A stretch of DNA of 64,000 nt. Origin: a virus. Lineage: Duplodnaviria > Caudoviricetes. Below, piece by piece: positions 27,663 through 37,835 of the stretch. The position numbers and the translations under genes were made by a program. Numbering within the stretch: position 1 is the first letter of the stretch; the number at the start of each line of letters is the position of its first letter. The notes under the pieces are model-generated. The model was not told where the DNA came from. It was given only the letters and a program-made list of their open reading frames with translations, and searched no databases. The stretch is taken from IMG/VR virus record IMGVR_UViG_3300028844_006787. One strand, given 5' to 3'.

Positions 27663-29473
27663 TTTTGTATACTCTGATATATTTCACTTCCAAAAAAACT
27701 ATTTACAAAATTCTCTGCTGAGAATTTATACTTATCTACTTCATTGAGCAAATACAGATGTGCAGCCTCTATTAAAAGAGGATTACTTGCTTTAACATAT
27801 GCTTCTCCTAAATCATGAAAGTAAAGTGGATAATCTTCACCGAGATATTCAACCACCGCAGGATGTTTTTTAACTAAAATTGGAGTATTTCTTACAATAC
27901 ATTCTATTAGTAAATTACTTGCTGATATATCATAGAAATCAAATAATATTATATTACACGATAATAATTCATCGTATTGATTATTTGGTAATTTTGGAAT
28001 TATTTTTGTATTATATTTTTTGCATATGTTAAAGAATTTGCTTTTATTTTTTTCAAAATCACTTTCTTTAAAATTAAACTCATAATTTGGTTCGTTCATT
28101 TCATGTTGAACACACGCATTAAAAATCTTAGCAATATGAGGAATATTTTTACTTATTTCAAGTTGTATAATTGATTTTTCTAAATGTTCGGGTGTTTCAA
28201 TTTTTAATATTGAAGTTAATTTTCTTAACCAATAACCAATCTGAATTATTCTTTTGTTTGGATTGTTATTGTAACGTTCCATAGTAAAAGTTAATTCGGG
28301 AAATTCAGTTGGATGATACAATACATTTACTTTAACATTCGGTAGAAGTCGTCTCCATGTTTTTGCAAGATGCTCTGATAAAACGAATAATCCTTTACAT
28401 CGTTTCCATATTAATTTGTATTTAAATTTATTAACATAATAGTTTGGATATTGATTTACTATATCACCGATAAATTGTGGATACTCGGCAGGTGCATGAG
28501 CAATTCCGATCCAACTTCGTGTAAGCATCTTCTTTACAAGAACTCCATCAAAGTTCCAACCAAAATCTCGTTCAATAAACGATGAAAAAACTACTCCACG
28601 TGGATTATTTCCTCGGGGTTTTAAACTACGCATAACATATTGCCAACCACTTCTATGCTTTCCATAACTTCCATCAAACTGAGTATTAAAATCAAGTGCA
28701 TTATTCAATTCTTGAGATTTTTTGTAGTATTTTTTAATGATTTTTTCTGATGCAGATTTTCTGACTTCATCGTTTCTGCGATTATGCGAGTTGTTTACTA
28801 CTCTGTATATGACAAGTGGTTTTTTAATGTGATAAAAAGAAAATCCATTGTTTGATGTTCGCAACCAAAATTCCCAATCGGCACTTTGATTATACTCTTC
28901 TTCATCAAAGTATCCTATTTTATCGTGTATGCTTTTTTTCCAAACAGGACTACAATGAGGTAAATTTCTTGCTACTATTTTATCATCGTCATACGCAAAC
29001 ATATCTTTTGCAAAATAATATTCAGCAACATAAGAATCAAACCAAACTTCTTTTGGTAAATTATCAAGAGTTACATTTTGATTTTCACTTGCAACATATA
29101 CCGCAGTTGAAACAACTGAAATTGAGTTGTTTCGTTCCATTACCTTTACACATTCTTCAATGTGACTTGGTAATCTTTTATCATCAAGATTGGCATTTGT
29201 AATATAAATACCTTTTGATTTTTTGATTGCATAATTCCATACTTCATAGATACCAGGATCTTCTTCAAGTCTTTCGTATTTTATATTATTATATTTTAGA
29301 AGATATGGTTTAATAAAAACTATTTCACCTTCAGGTGAGTTTGCGTCTATTAGTATAAGTTCACATTTATCAAAGTATGTTTGCTTAACAATATTAGCAA
29401 GAAAGTCCTGTATGTATTTTCGTCCTTTATATAACGATGTAATAATACTTACAAGTGGTTCATCTTTCTCCAT
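27659..29473 (-). CDS. Two-domain glycosyltransferase (N-terminal GT2, C-terminal GT-B-like)
   Basis: PLVSIITSLY, NANLDD, GYFDE..ADWEFWLR; C-terminal HRSGW, HPTE, IECIVRNTPILV. Confidence 0.85.
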   Translation of the reverse strand: MEKDEPLVSIITSLYKGRKYIQDFLANIVKQTYFDKCELILIDANSPEGEIVFIKPYLLKYNNIKYERLEEDPGIYEVWNYAIKKSKGIYITNANLDDKRLPSHIEECVKVMERNNSISVVSTAVYVASENQNVTLDNLPKEVWFDSYVAEYYFAKDMFAYDDDKIVARNLPHCSPVWKKSIHDKIGYFDEEEYNQSADWEFWLRTSNNGFSFYHIKKPLVIYRVVNNSHNRRNDEVRKSASEKIIKKYYKKSQELNNALDFNTQFDGSYGKHRSGWQYVMRSLKPRGNNPRGVVFSSFIERDFGWNFDGVLVKKMLTRSWIGIAHAPAEYPQFIGDIVNQYPNYYVNKFKYKLIWKRCKGLFVLSEHLAKTWRRLLPNVKVNVLYHPTEFPELTFTMERYNNNPNKRIIQIGYWLRKLTSILKIETPEHLEKSIIQLEISKNIPHIAKIFNACVQHEMNEPNYEFNFKESDFEKNKSKFFNICKKYNTKIIPKLPNNQYDELLSCNIILFDFYDISASNLLIECIVRNTPILVKKHPAVVEYLGEDYPLYFHDLGEAYVKASNPLLIEAAHLYLLNEVDKYKFSAENFVNSFFGSEIYQSIQK

Positions 29474-29501
29474 ATAAGTAAATATAGCAGATTATTATAA
29501 T

Positions 29502-30302
29502 TCAAGTTTTATATGTACATTCCCAAATATTATTATCCCAATATTTAATGTCCCATGAAATCCTCTTGGATGATGGTAACCAAGGAATTTCTTTTGTCAT
29601 AACTTGATTTTTTCTTACTGAATTTTCAAGCATCACAATATCTGCTTTTATTTTCTGAACACGTGAAAAGCATGATTGATTTTGAATTCTTTTTCTATGA
29701 CTTGTTGGTTGATGATACAAATGCTCTTTGTATAAATACTTATCCGCAATTCCTAACTTTTTTAATCTAAAGTATAAATCATCGTCATCCCAACCATACG
29801 ACGTTATTCCTTCGTGGTATCCGTTTACTTTCCAAAAATGATTTGTATAACAATAAAACTGACCATTTAAATGTTGCTCATTACAATTAGTCGCAACCAT
29901 CCACGAACCTCTGTAAAATAAATTTCTTTTTAGTTTATACACATCAAAAAAATCTTCACTTACCTGTACATCCGCATCTACTTTTAGCATTTTATTATAT
30001 TCTACGAAATACGCACCTAAATTATACGCATGACTTAATACCCAATCTTTTTGATTCGGAGCAACCACTAATTTAATATTTACTCCATTTGTATCCGTTG
30101 GAATACATCCTGCAATTGATTCGTATGAAGACCAGTCTACAATCACTATTTCGTTGAGTTTTTTTATTTTTACCCAAGACTCAAGAGAGTTTTTAAGATT
30201 TTCATTTCTATCTTTACAACAAGAAATTAGTGAATATCCACTTTTTCGTTTTGCATTCTTTAAATAATCTGAAGATATGATTTGCTTACCCATGTTTACC
30301 AA
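29502..30302 (-). CDS. GT-A glycosyltransferase (GT2/GT7-like)
   Basis: CCKDR, IVDWSS, VDAD, NGYHEGITSYGWDDDDL. Confidence 0.85.
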   Translation of the reverse strand: MVNMGKQIISSDYLKNAKRKSGYSLISCCKDRNENLKNSLESWVKIKKLNEIVIVDWSSYESIAGCIPTDTNGVNIKLVVAPNQKDWVLSHAYNLGAYFVEYNKMLKVDADVQVSEDFFDVYKLKRNLFYRGSWMVATNCNEQHLNGQFYCYTNHFWKVNGYHEGITSYGWDDDDLYFRLKKLGIADKYLYKEHLYHQPTSHRKRIQNQSCFSRVQKIKADIVMLENSVRKNQVMTKEIPWLPSSKRISWDIKYWDNNIWECTYKT

Positions 30303-31222
30303 GTTACTATTTCATCAAAACCCTCAATTATTTTGCATGAATTTTTATTATATAAATCACCACCCATGTCTGATGCAAATTTTCCAAAAGAACTCGGACT
30401 TGTAGGTAGCATTTGATTTGTTTTTGAAAGAATATACAATTCAACCATTGCATCAAATTGTCCAAGTTTTTGTTCTCCATAAACACTTTGCTCAAATTTT
30501 TTATTGTAGATTATCAACTTCTCACCAAGGTTTTTCTTAAACACATTTTTTACATTTTCACAATCTGTGGATAAAAATATATTACCTTTATATGATCTCA
30601 TATAATCCAAAATATAATTGTTTAAAGTATCTTGGTGGAATCTTTGCTTCATATTTTTAATACTACAAGCATCACCTCTACGAATATGTACACCGAGTGT
30701 ATTTTCGGAAAATTTATTTAATGTTTCACCTGCGGTTTCTAATACATTTTTTGAAACTCTAAGATTTTTTACAATTTGTTTATATTCAAATTTGAAATTT
30801 GGAATTTTTTGGTCTAATATTTTTCCATAACTCCAATTCGGAAGATTACAAGATTTAACAGAAACTTTTTTAAATTTGCCTTCTAAAAAGTTTTTAGCAT
30901 ATATGTTTTGTAGTTTTATATACTTTTCATTTATTTTTGTTTCAGATACTCCATTAACAAATTTATCAAGTTGTATTGATGACATTCTGTTTCTTAAATA
31001 TTCAGATTCGTCTTGAATTTGCGTTACTCCAAGTTGGTCATTTGGATTATCTAATAACTCAAATAATTGTGTATCATCAAATCCAATACCTGATTTCCAA
31101 TAGCAATAATATGGTAGTTCCAACGCATCTGATAATATTTTATATGAAATCAAAACTCTTAAACGATTCGCAAGTCCGTTGATGGGATGTACTAATAAAT
31201 AAGAGTTCATTTTATTCACCAA
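30296..31222 (-). CDS. Fucosyltransferase-fold GT-B protein (GT11/GT23/O-FucT-like)
   Basis: NGLANRLR, GVHIRRGD, IFLSTD, SSFG. Confidence 0.8.
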   Translation of the reverse strand: MVNKMNSYLLVHPINGLANRLRVLISYKILSDALELPYYCYWKSGIGFDDTQLFELLDNPNDQLGVTQIQDESEYLRNRMSSIQLDKFVNGVSETKINEKYIKLQNIYAKNFLEGKFKKVSVKSCNLPNWSYGKILDQKIPNFKFEYKQIVKNLRVSKNVLETAGETLNKFSENTLGVHIRRGDACSIKNMKQRFHQDTLNNYILDYMRSYKGNIFLSTDCENVKNVFKKNLGEKLIIYNKKFEQSVYGEQKLGQFDAMVELYILSKTNQMLPTSPSSFGKFASDMGGDLYNKNSCKIIEGFDEIVTW

Positions 31223-31868
31223 ACTTAAACTTGAATATCTTTATATCCTCGTTATATACACCCGCAACTATATCACGAGTTTTTTTACTATAATATTCAT
31301 TGTATTTAAGATGTTTTGTTTTATTCACCACAGGAAGTGTAGTATTTTCAATACCAATCTTTTGACAAATATGATTAAAGCAAGTTTGCATATTTTCTGT
31401 TCTACCAACATAATCAACATTTATATTATTATTTTCGTCTGTTAAATATGAGTATTGATTTTTAGGTTTTGGGTGATGTGGATTTGCAATACATTCTGTA
31501 ATATATTTTTCAAAAGTTGGTGCTATTTTAAGTTCTTGCTTAAACGAATCAAATATATGTTCACTTTTTTTAGGACACTTTTTGCTCCAAGTTTCCACCA
31601 TTTTTTTTCGGTAGAAATATCCAGATACAATACGATCCCATGAGTTTCTTACGAAACCAAATTTAAAATAATTATTCCAGTCCCAACCTTCGTGTTCAAA
31701 TCTTTTATTTAATATATCAGACGATGTATGATAATAAAACGATGAATAGTTCGAAGAACTTCCGTGAATATCTGCATAATTGTAAAGTTTTCTTCGTACA
31801 CTTGTGCTTCCTGTTTTATGAACAGATACAAATACAAATTTATGTTTGTGAGAAATTAACATATACAT
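31212..31868 (-). CDS. PAPS-dependent sulfotransferase (Sulfotransfer_2-like)
   Basis: 5'-PSB FVSVHKTGSTS; 3'-PB FVRNSWDRIVS; DYVGRTEN. Confidence 0.9.
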   Translation of the reverse strand: MYMLISHKHKFVFVSVHKTGSTSVRRKLYNYADIHGSSSNYSSFYYHTSSDILNKRFEHEGWDWNNYFKFGFVRNSWDRIVSGYFYRKKMVETWSKKCPKKSEHIFDSFKQELKIAPTFEKYITECIANPHHPKPKNQYSYLTDENNNINVDYVGRTENMQTCFNHICQKIGIENTTLPVVNKTKHLKYNEYYSKKTRDIVAGVYNEDIKIFKFKFGE

Positions 31869-31874
31869 TCCTTA

Positions 31875-32075
31875 TTAATTTAAAAAATTATCATCACACG
31901 TATCATTATCAAACCAACACCAATCATAATTCTTTTTTTCTTCAATAGTCTCGTTTATGTATTCTTCTAACAATCCTTCAATATACTTTTCAGTTTCACC
32001 TAACGACACAAAACCTTTGCTTTTTATCAATGGATGCAACTTACGAAGAATTTCATCTGATATATTTATCTTCAC
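31875..32075 (-). CDS. Small hypothetical protein
   Basis: 66-aa ORF abutting its neighbours. Confidence 0.55.
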   Translation of the reverse strand: MKINISDEILRKLHPLIKSKGFVSLGETEKYIEGLLEEYINETIEEKKNYDWCWFDNDTCDDNFLN

Positions 32076-32076
32076 A

Positions 32077-32307
32077 TTAAACTTTGTTTATTATAAATTT
32101 TGGTTTCGTTGGAAAAAACCCAATCGGATTCGTATAAATCACCTCGTCACCATCTTCTATTAAGTTTATAAAGTTTTGATCGACTAATCCTGCTTTACTC
32201 ATTATTTTTTGCACACAATACAAACGAATTGCATAAAGTGCATCTCCACGTGTTTCGTATTCACCTATCACATGACCACCAAATGTATCAACTACTTGAT
32301 ATTTCAT
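32077..32307 (-). CDS. Small hypothetical protein (start re-assigned to ATG 32307, MKYQVV...)
   Basis: GGGGGAGA SD before ATG 32307. Confidence 0.6.
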   Translation of the reverse strand: MKYQVVDTFGGHVIGEYETRGDALYAIRLYCVQKIMSKAGLVDQNFINLIEDGDEVIYTNPIGFFPTKPKFIINKV

Positions 32308-32375
32308 AAATCTCCCCCAAAAATTAAAAATCACCTATTCATATAAATATGAAGATGATTTGTTTTTATAAAAAC

Positions 32376-33467
32376 TTAAAGAGGTGAAAATTTTAAATTA
32401 TGAGTTTTGGCAACTGCTTCGCAAATTAATTTACCATCGTGTGTATTCACACCCATTTTCAAAGCATCGTTGTATTTGCTCGGTGAGATACCACTTGCAA
32501 TTTCAAGACCATAACGAAGTGTTTGGTTGTTTAATGCAACGGTACTTGTTTGTGGAACTACACCTGGCATATTTGCTACGCAATAATGAACAATTCCATC
32601 AACATCATAAATTGGTTTATCGTGTGTTGTTGCTTTGCTTGTTTCAAAACATCCACCTTGGTCAATTGCAACATCAACCAATACAGCACCTTTCTTCATG
32701 CTTTTTAAATGATTTCTACGAACTAATTTTGGTGCAGATGCTCCGTGAACATATACACTTCCAATTACGACATCTGCATCGGCAATCTCAGATTCAATGT
32801 TCGCATCGTTGCTGAATAAAGTTTGTACAGACGAACCAAATACATCATCAAGATAAGCAAGTCGTTCTTGTGATATATCAAGTATGCTTGTGTATGCTCC
32901 AATTCCACTTGCTATTTTGGCCGCATTAAAACCAACTACACCACCACCTAAAATTACCACTTTTCCTCGTTTAACACCAGGTATTCCACCCAGAAGTATA
33001 CCTGCTCCACCGAACGGAGTTTCCAAGTATTTAGCACCTTCTTGTACACTTAAACGACCTGCAATCTCACTCATTGGAGTAAGACATGGATGACTATGAT
33101 TCGGCAACTGAATTGTTTCGTATGCGATTGTTGTTAATCCAATGTCTACCAACTCTTCTGTCAATTTTTTATCAGCAGCCAAATGAAGATAGGTATACAA
33201 AATGTGGTCATCCTTAAATTTACTAAGTTCACAACTTTGTGGTTCTTTTACTTTGATAATCATGTCAGATAAATCAAATACATCATTAGAATCTACTATC
33301 GTTGCACCTGCTTGAATATAATCGTTATCCGAGAATCCTGTTCCTATACCTGCATTTTTTTCTACAAACAAATTATGACCCTCTGCAATGTATTTTTCAA
33401 CTGCACTTGGTGTCAATCCTACACGATACTCGTGTTTTTTAATTTCTTTTGGTACACCAATTCTCAT
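32376..33467 (-). CDS. ald: Alanine dehydrogenase
   Basis: MRIGVPKEIK..EYRVGLTP, KVKEP, YLHLAA, PMSEIAGR, GGGVVG, DVAIDQGGCFET, YCVANMPG. Confidence 0.96.
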   Translation of the reverse strand: MRIGVPKEIKKHEYRVGLTPSAVEKYIAEGHNLFVEKNAGIGTGFSDNDYIQAGATIVDSNDVFDLSDMIIKVKEPQSCELSKFKDDHILYTYLHLAADKKLTEELVDIGLTTIAYETIQLPNHSHPCLTPMSEIAGRLSVQEGAKYLETPFGGAGILLGGIPGVKRGKVVILGGGVVGFNAAKIASGIGAYTSILDISQERLAYLDDVFGSSVQTLFSNDANIESEIADADVVIGSVYVHGASAPKLVRRNHLKSMKKGAVLVDVAIDQGGCFETSKATTHDKPIYDVDGIVHYCVANMPGVVPQTSTVALNNQTLRYGLEIASGISPSKYNDALKMGVNTHDGKLICEAVAKTHNLKFSPL

Positions 33468-33488
33468 TATTATATTTGACCTTTAAAG

Positions 33489-33704
33489 TTAGCTGTCATC
33501 CGACAATTCTACTTTCCACCTTTTTCTTTTTAATTGTTGTTCCATTTCCAAATTCTCACGTTCATATTCGAGTTTAAGTAATTCAACTTCACTTTTTAAA
33601 TCTTCAACATTGATGTTGTATTTGTTAAAATTAATAAATTTAAATACTGCGAAGAATATACCAGTCAAAATTGAGATAAATAATAATAAGTTTACTGCTT
33701 CCAT
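33489..33704 (-). CDS. Small membrane-anchored coiled-coil protein
   Basis: N-terminal hydrophobic helix; TATTTAT 4 nt before ATG. Confidence 0.6.
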   Translation of the reverse strand: MEAVNLLLFISILTGIFFAVFKFINFNKYNINVEDLKSEVELLKLEYERENLEMEQQLKRKRWKVELSDDS

Positions 33705-33708
33705 TACA

Positions 33709-34412
33709 ATAAATATTATAGTTTTTATAATTTGTCAATCAAATCTCCGGTGGAGATAGTGGGATTTATATCAAATCCTTTATATACGATAAAAATTCCT
33801 TATTTATCTTCTTGTCAAATTTCTGACCATCAGGGGTTTTTCCGTGTACAATATACTTATAATATAAATAAGGAGTTGGGATATGTACAAACTTACAAAA
33901 TTTATTTTTTTTGATATTTTTAATAGTATCTGAACATAATGTTGAAATACAAAATATATTAAATTTTAATTTTGGAAATTTTTGACGGAGTATTTTAATA
34001 AGTTTGTTCGGAAAGTTATTATAACGTAGAAAAAAAACAACCTGCCTTTCACTATCAGAACAAAATTTTAATTCTTCATAAAACTGAGTTACCCTTAAAT
34101 TCATTTGTTCTTTGAATGAAACGAGTGACTCTGTCTTTTCGTGCATATGATGCTGAAAATCCGTGCGGAAACCACTGTCACTTTTATGCAAATTTTGAAA
34201 TACATTTTTAAAATCATTATCAATAAGTTTTAATAAACATTCATATTCCGTGACACACCCATCAAACGGCATTCTTTTTTCCCTGTTTTTTTTAAAATTA
34301 TATACCCTGTGCTTTTGTAACACTCTCCGTGACCAGCAGTCAGGACCCAAAGATATAATGCTACACTTGTCATTTAATTCCATTATTATAAATATTATAG
34401 TTTTTATAATTT
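33709..34412. repeat. 25-bp perfect direct repeats (33709..33733 and 34388..34412) flanking one gene
   Basis: ataaatattatagtttttataattt in both; each followed within 0-1 nt by gtcaa. Confidence 0.9.
33766..34383 (-). CDS. DUF1796-like (putative papain-like) protein
   Basis: IISLGPDC...RMPFDG...HMHE...LRV..F pattern. Confidence 0.6.
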   Translation of the reverse strand: MELNDKCSIISLGPDCWSRRVLQKHRVYNFKKNREKRMPFDGCVTEYECLLKLIDNDFKNVFQNLHKSDSGFRTDFQHHMHEKTESLVSFKEQMNLRVTQFYEELKFCSDSERQVVFFLRYNNFPNKLIKILRQKFPKLKFNIFCISTLCSDTIKNIKKNKFCKFVHIPTPYLYYKYIVHGKTPDGQKFDKKINKEFLSYIKDLI

Positions 34413-34553
34413 AGTCAAATCATATCGTGCTTTTACTAGCAATTCAGGTTTATGAATTCTAAGTAGAATAAAAGTAGTTTTTTTATTTTGATAACGAACA
34501 ATATCTGCCATAGAATAATTTATGGTGTATTTGTTTCCGTTACACGTGTTCAT
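34404..34553 (-). CDS. Small hypothetical protein, 49 aa (below ORF-track cutoff)
   Basis: MNTCNGNKYTINYSMADIVRYQNKKTTFILLRIHKPELLVKARYDLTKL*; ATG immediately follows the metK stop. Confidence 0.4.
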   Translation of the reverse strand: MNTCNGNKYTINYSMADIVRYQNKKTTFILLRIHKPELLVKARYDLTKL

Positions 34554-35714
34554 TTACTTTTTTGATAATTCCGCAAAAATTTGTTTCTTTGTTTCATCAA
34601 CCATCTCCCACGAAACATCGTTTCTTCCAAAATGTCCGTGATAGGAAGTTTTGCGATAAATTGGATTACGCAATCCAAGAAATTCAATGATTCCAGTTGG
34701 AGTTAATTTGAAATTTTCTGTGACTGCATTTTCAATATCAGTTTCGTTCACTTTGCTTGTGCCGAAAGTATCCACACGAACACTTACAGGTTCTGCAACT
34801 CCGATGGCATAAGCAAGTTGAACTTCGCATTTTTCTGCTATACCACTTGCTACAATTGTTTTAGCAACGTGTCGTGCCATATAAGCACCACTTCTATCTA
34901 CTTTCGTTGGGTCTTTACCACTAAATGCTCCACCTCCGTGTCGTGCCATTCCTCCGTATGTATCAACAATGATTTTACGACCCGTAAGACCTGTATCTCC
35001 TTGTGGACCACCTGTAATAAACTGACCGGTTGGATTAATAAAAAACTTGGTGTCTATTAAATACTTTTCATCTACAATCTCACGAATAAGTTCTTCAATG
35101 TCTTTTTTGATTGTTTCTTGAGTTACATCTTCGTTGTGCTGAGTTGATAACACAATTGTATCTACACGAATTGGTTTATCGTTTTCATCGTATTCTACCG
35201 TAACTTGTGATTTGGCATCTGGACGAAGATACGGAATGCTCTTGGAATGTCGTGCTTCTTCTACCTTCTTAATAATTTGATGCGACAACATAATAGGCAA
35301 TGGCATAAGTTCAGGTGTTTCGTTGCAAGCATATCCAAACATCAGTCCTTGGTCACCTGCTCCTGCTTCTTTGTGTTCACCTTCATTTTCATTAACCCCC
35401 ATAGCAATATCAGCACTTTGACGATCAAGTGTAAATAATACCGAACAACCGTTTGCACTTATTCCGTATTTTTCGTCTGTGTATCCTATATCACGCAATA
35501 CTTGTCGTGCTACATCTTGAAAGTTAACCCAAGCATCTGCGGTAATTTCTCCACCGATTACTACTAATCCCGTTGTTGCAAATGTTTCACACGCAACTCG
35601 TGCGTTTGGATCTTGCTTTAAAAATTCATCTAGTATGGCATCGGAAATTTGATCACATACTTTATCAGGATGTCCACTTGATACACTCTCTGATGTAAAT
35701 AGTTTTTTATTCAT
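34554..35714 (-). CDS. metK: S-adenosylmethionine synthetase (start re-assigned to ATG 35714)
   Basis: [61 protein letters not shown]. Confidence 0.97.
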   Translation of the reverse strand: MNKKLFTSESVSSGHPDKVCDQISDAILDEFLKQDPNARVACETFATTGLVVIGGEITADAWVNFQDVARQVLRDIGYTDEKYGISANGCSVLFTLDRQSADIAMGVNENEGEHKEAGAGDQGLMFGYACNETPELMPLPIMLSHQIIKKVEEARHSKSIPYLRPDAKSQVTVEYDENDKPIRVDTIVLSTQHNEDVTQETIKKDIEELIREIVDEKYLIDTKFFINPTGQFITGGPQGDTGLTGRKIIVDTYGGMARHGGGAFSGKDPTKVDRSGAYMARHVAKTIVASGIAEKCEVQLAYAIGVAEPVSVRVDTFGTSKVNETDIENAVTENFKLTPTGIIEFLGLRNPIYRKTSYHGHFGRNDVSWEMVDETKKQIFAELSKK

Positions 35715-35721
35715 TGTTTTT

Positions 35722-35750
35722 ATTTTAGTTTTTGATTGTTGGTGTGTCAA
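35722..35750 (-). promoter_or_regulatory. Sigma70-like promoter of metK
   Basis: TTGACA-17 nt-TAAAAT; ATG follows after 7 nt. Confidence 0.7.
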
Positions 35751-35771
35751 ATATTATTTATTTGATATTCA

Positions 35772-36428
35772 TTAAAAAGAATAATTAAAATACTCAAGAT
35801 CTTGTTTGCACATTTCTTCTACAAAGTTTCGTGTGTTGAATGATTTATATGCAGTTTTATAGTTACAATTTACTTCAGAACCATTTATAATTTCATTTAT
35901 TTGTAGATTCTTTAAATTTATTTTTTTTCTAACTTTTTTAAAATCATTTTGTAAATTCTCAAACTTTCCTACAAAATCAATATCAATAATAGTTTCATCT
36001 AAACTAATATAATTTAGCATATTAATTTCGTATCCTGTGTAAAAAGTATAACATTTATTTCTCATGTAGTGTGCATATATAGATTCAATCCACTCATCAA
36101 ACGACAAATCCTGCAATAAATCTAGATTTTCTTGCATCTTCATATAATTGAATAAAGAAAATAATCTATCAAATGGATTTCTTACAAAAGTAAACTTAAA
36201 AAAGTTATCATAAAACACTTTATTAAAATTTTCTTTATAGTAACCAAGTTGACGATGTTTATCTTCTCCTATATTTACATGACCATCATCTTTTAGTTCA
36301 GTTTTAAGTAAATGACCATGTGAATCTGCAAAATAAAATGAATCACTTTGCATAAGATTTCTTTCTATGAAAGTACCCGCACACTTTGGTATATGAACGA
36401 ATATAGTATTCAGTTCAGGAACAATCAT
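35772..36428 (-). CDS. PAPS-dependent sulfotransferase (Sulfotransfer_2-like)
   Basis: FVHIPKCAGTF, FVRNPFDRLFS, DFVGKFENL. Confidence 0.9.
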   Translation of the reverse strand: MIVPELNTIFVHIPKCAGTFIERNLMQSDSFYFADSHGHLLKTELKDDGHVNIGEDKHRQLGYYKENFNKVFYDNFFKFTFVRNPFDRLFSLFNYMKMQENLDLLQDLSFDEWIESIYAHYMRNKCYTFYTGYEINMLNYISLDETIIDIDFVGKFENLQNDFKKVRKKINLKNLQINEIINGSEVNCNYKTAYKSFNTRNFVEEMCKQDLEYFNYSF

Positions 36429-36433
36429 AATAC

Positions 36434-37198
36434 CTAAAAATATAATTTATAGTGCTTAGTAATTTCGTCAATTAAAAACTTTTTGGCGGTTGCGACATCA
36501 TCTACAATTTTAAATAAATCTAAATCTTTTTTTGATATTGTTCCTGCTTTTACAAAAGCATCCCACCCAACTGCATTTTCCCAAAATTCTTTTCCGTATA
36601 AAATTGTTGGAACAGGTTTCTGAATTTTTTGACATTGAATAAGAGTAAGTGCTTCAAATAGTTCGTCCATTGTACCGAAACCACCAGGAAACACCACAAG
36701 TGCTTTTGCTTGATATAAAAACCAAAATTTGCGTGTGAAAAAGTAATGATAAACAAAATCAAGTTCAGAAGTTACATACTCATTGTTTTCTTGTTCAAAC
36801 GGAAGAACAATACCAAGACCTACGGTTTTTCCACCTGCATCGTGTGCTCCTTTGTTGGCTGCTTCCATGATGCCTGGTCCTGCACCACTGCTGATATAAA
36901 ACTTTTTTTCTCGTTCTGAGAATGTATTTTCCGACCATTCAGTAAGTTGCTTGCTTAATTCGTAAGCATCATTGTAGTATCGATTATATTTGTTGTTTTT
37001 AAATTGTTCAGTTTCATCGTCAATGCGGGCACTTCCTTGAAATACAATAGTGTTACGCACACCCATTTTTTTCATTCGTGCCTCGGTTTCCATTAACTCT
37101 GCAAGAACACGTAGCCAACGTGCCTCTCTGCTTCGCATAAAGGTCATGTTTTCGTACGCTTCCTGTGTTTCTTTTCTTCTGTTTGGGTCGTACTTCAT
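36434..37198 (-). CDS. LOG-family nucleotide phosphoribohydrolase (TIGR00730-like)
   Basis: QGSAR, SGAGPGIMEAANKGA, LPFEQ, YFFTRK, PGGFGTMDELFE. Confidence 0.92.
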   Translation of the reverse strand: MKYDPNRRKETQEAYENMTFMRSREARWLRVLAELMETEARMKKMGVRNTIVFQGSARIDDETEQFKNNKYNRYYNDAYELSKQLTEWSENTFSEREKKFYISSGAGPGIMEAANKGAHDAGGKTVGLGIVLPFEQENNEYVTSELDFVYHYFFTRKFWFLYQAKALVVFPGGFGTMDELFEALTLIQCQKIQKPVPTILYGKEFWENAVGWDAFVKAGTISKKDLDLFKIVDDVATAKKFLIDEITKHYKLYF

Positions 37199-37240
37199 GT
37201 CTATAAATATGAAATATACAACAAAATTATAAAAATAATA

Positions 37241-37804
37241 TTATTTAATTAAACCATCTTCAATTGCAGATTCAACATGAGTAATACACTTAGAGAGTTC
37301 ATCGTCACCATAAAACTCCCATTCAACAAAACAATCTGCATTTTTTCTTAATAGTGGATCGTTTTCTCGTTCATAATCATTTGCTGGTTCGTTACCGAGC
37401 ATAGTTAGATGAACAACTTTACCACCAATTTTATGAATATAATTTATTTCATTAGGAAAACGAATATCAGTTACGATACTGATAATATTATTTTGTTTAT
37501 TAATATTAATATCTTCTTCCACTTTTTTTACCCAATAAAGATCATCTTGTTTACGCATAATTTCAGTTCCCCATGTCGTAAGCATTGGACGAATAATTTC
37601 TTTTTCTGCGGTAACCTCGGTGAATGCTGATATACCAAGTTTTTCAATCAAAAAGGCATCAACATCTTTTTTAAGAGCATCTGCGAATGCTAAACGAGTT
37701 CCTTTTGTATTATTTTTTTCAAAATACTCAAGTGCATATTTACAAAAAGTATCTTTTCCACAACGTGCCAATCCTGTTAATCCAATAATTTTGGGAAACT
37801 TCAT
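37241..37804 (-). CDS. Deoxynucleoside monophosphate kinase (T4 gp1-like; start re-assigned to ATG 37804)
   Basis: IIGLTGLARCGKDT, LAFADALK, WGTE, VTDIRFPNE. Confidence 0.88.
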   Translation of the reverse strand: MKFPKIIGLTGLARCGKDTFCKYALEYFEKNNTKGTRLAFADALKKDVDAFLIEKLGISAFTEVTAEKEIIRPMLTTWGTEIMRKQDDLYWVKKVEEDININKQNNIISIVTDIRFPNEINYIHKIGGKVVHLTMLGNEPANDYERENDPLLRKNADCFVEWEFYGDDELSKCITHVESAIEDGLIK

Positions 37805-37835
37805 ACCTATAATAAATATCAAAAGATATAAAAAA

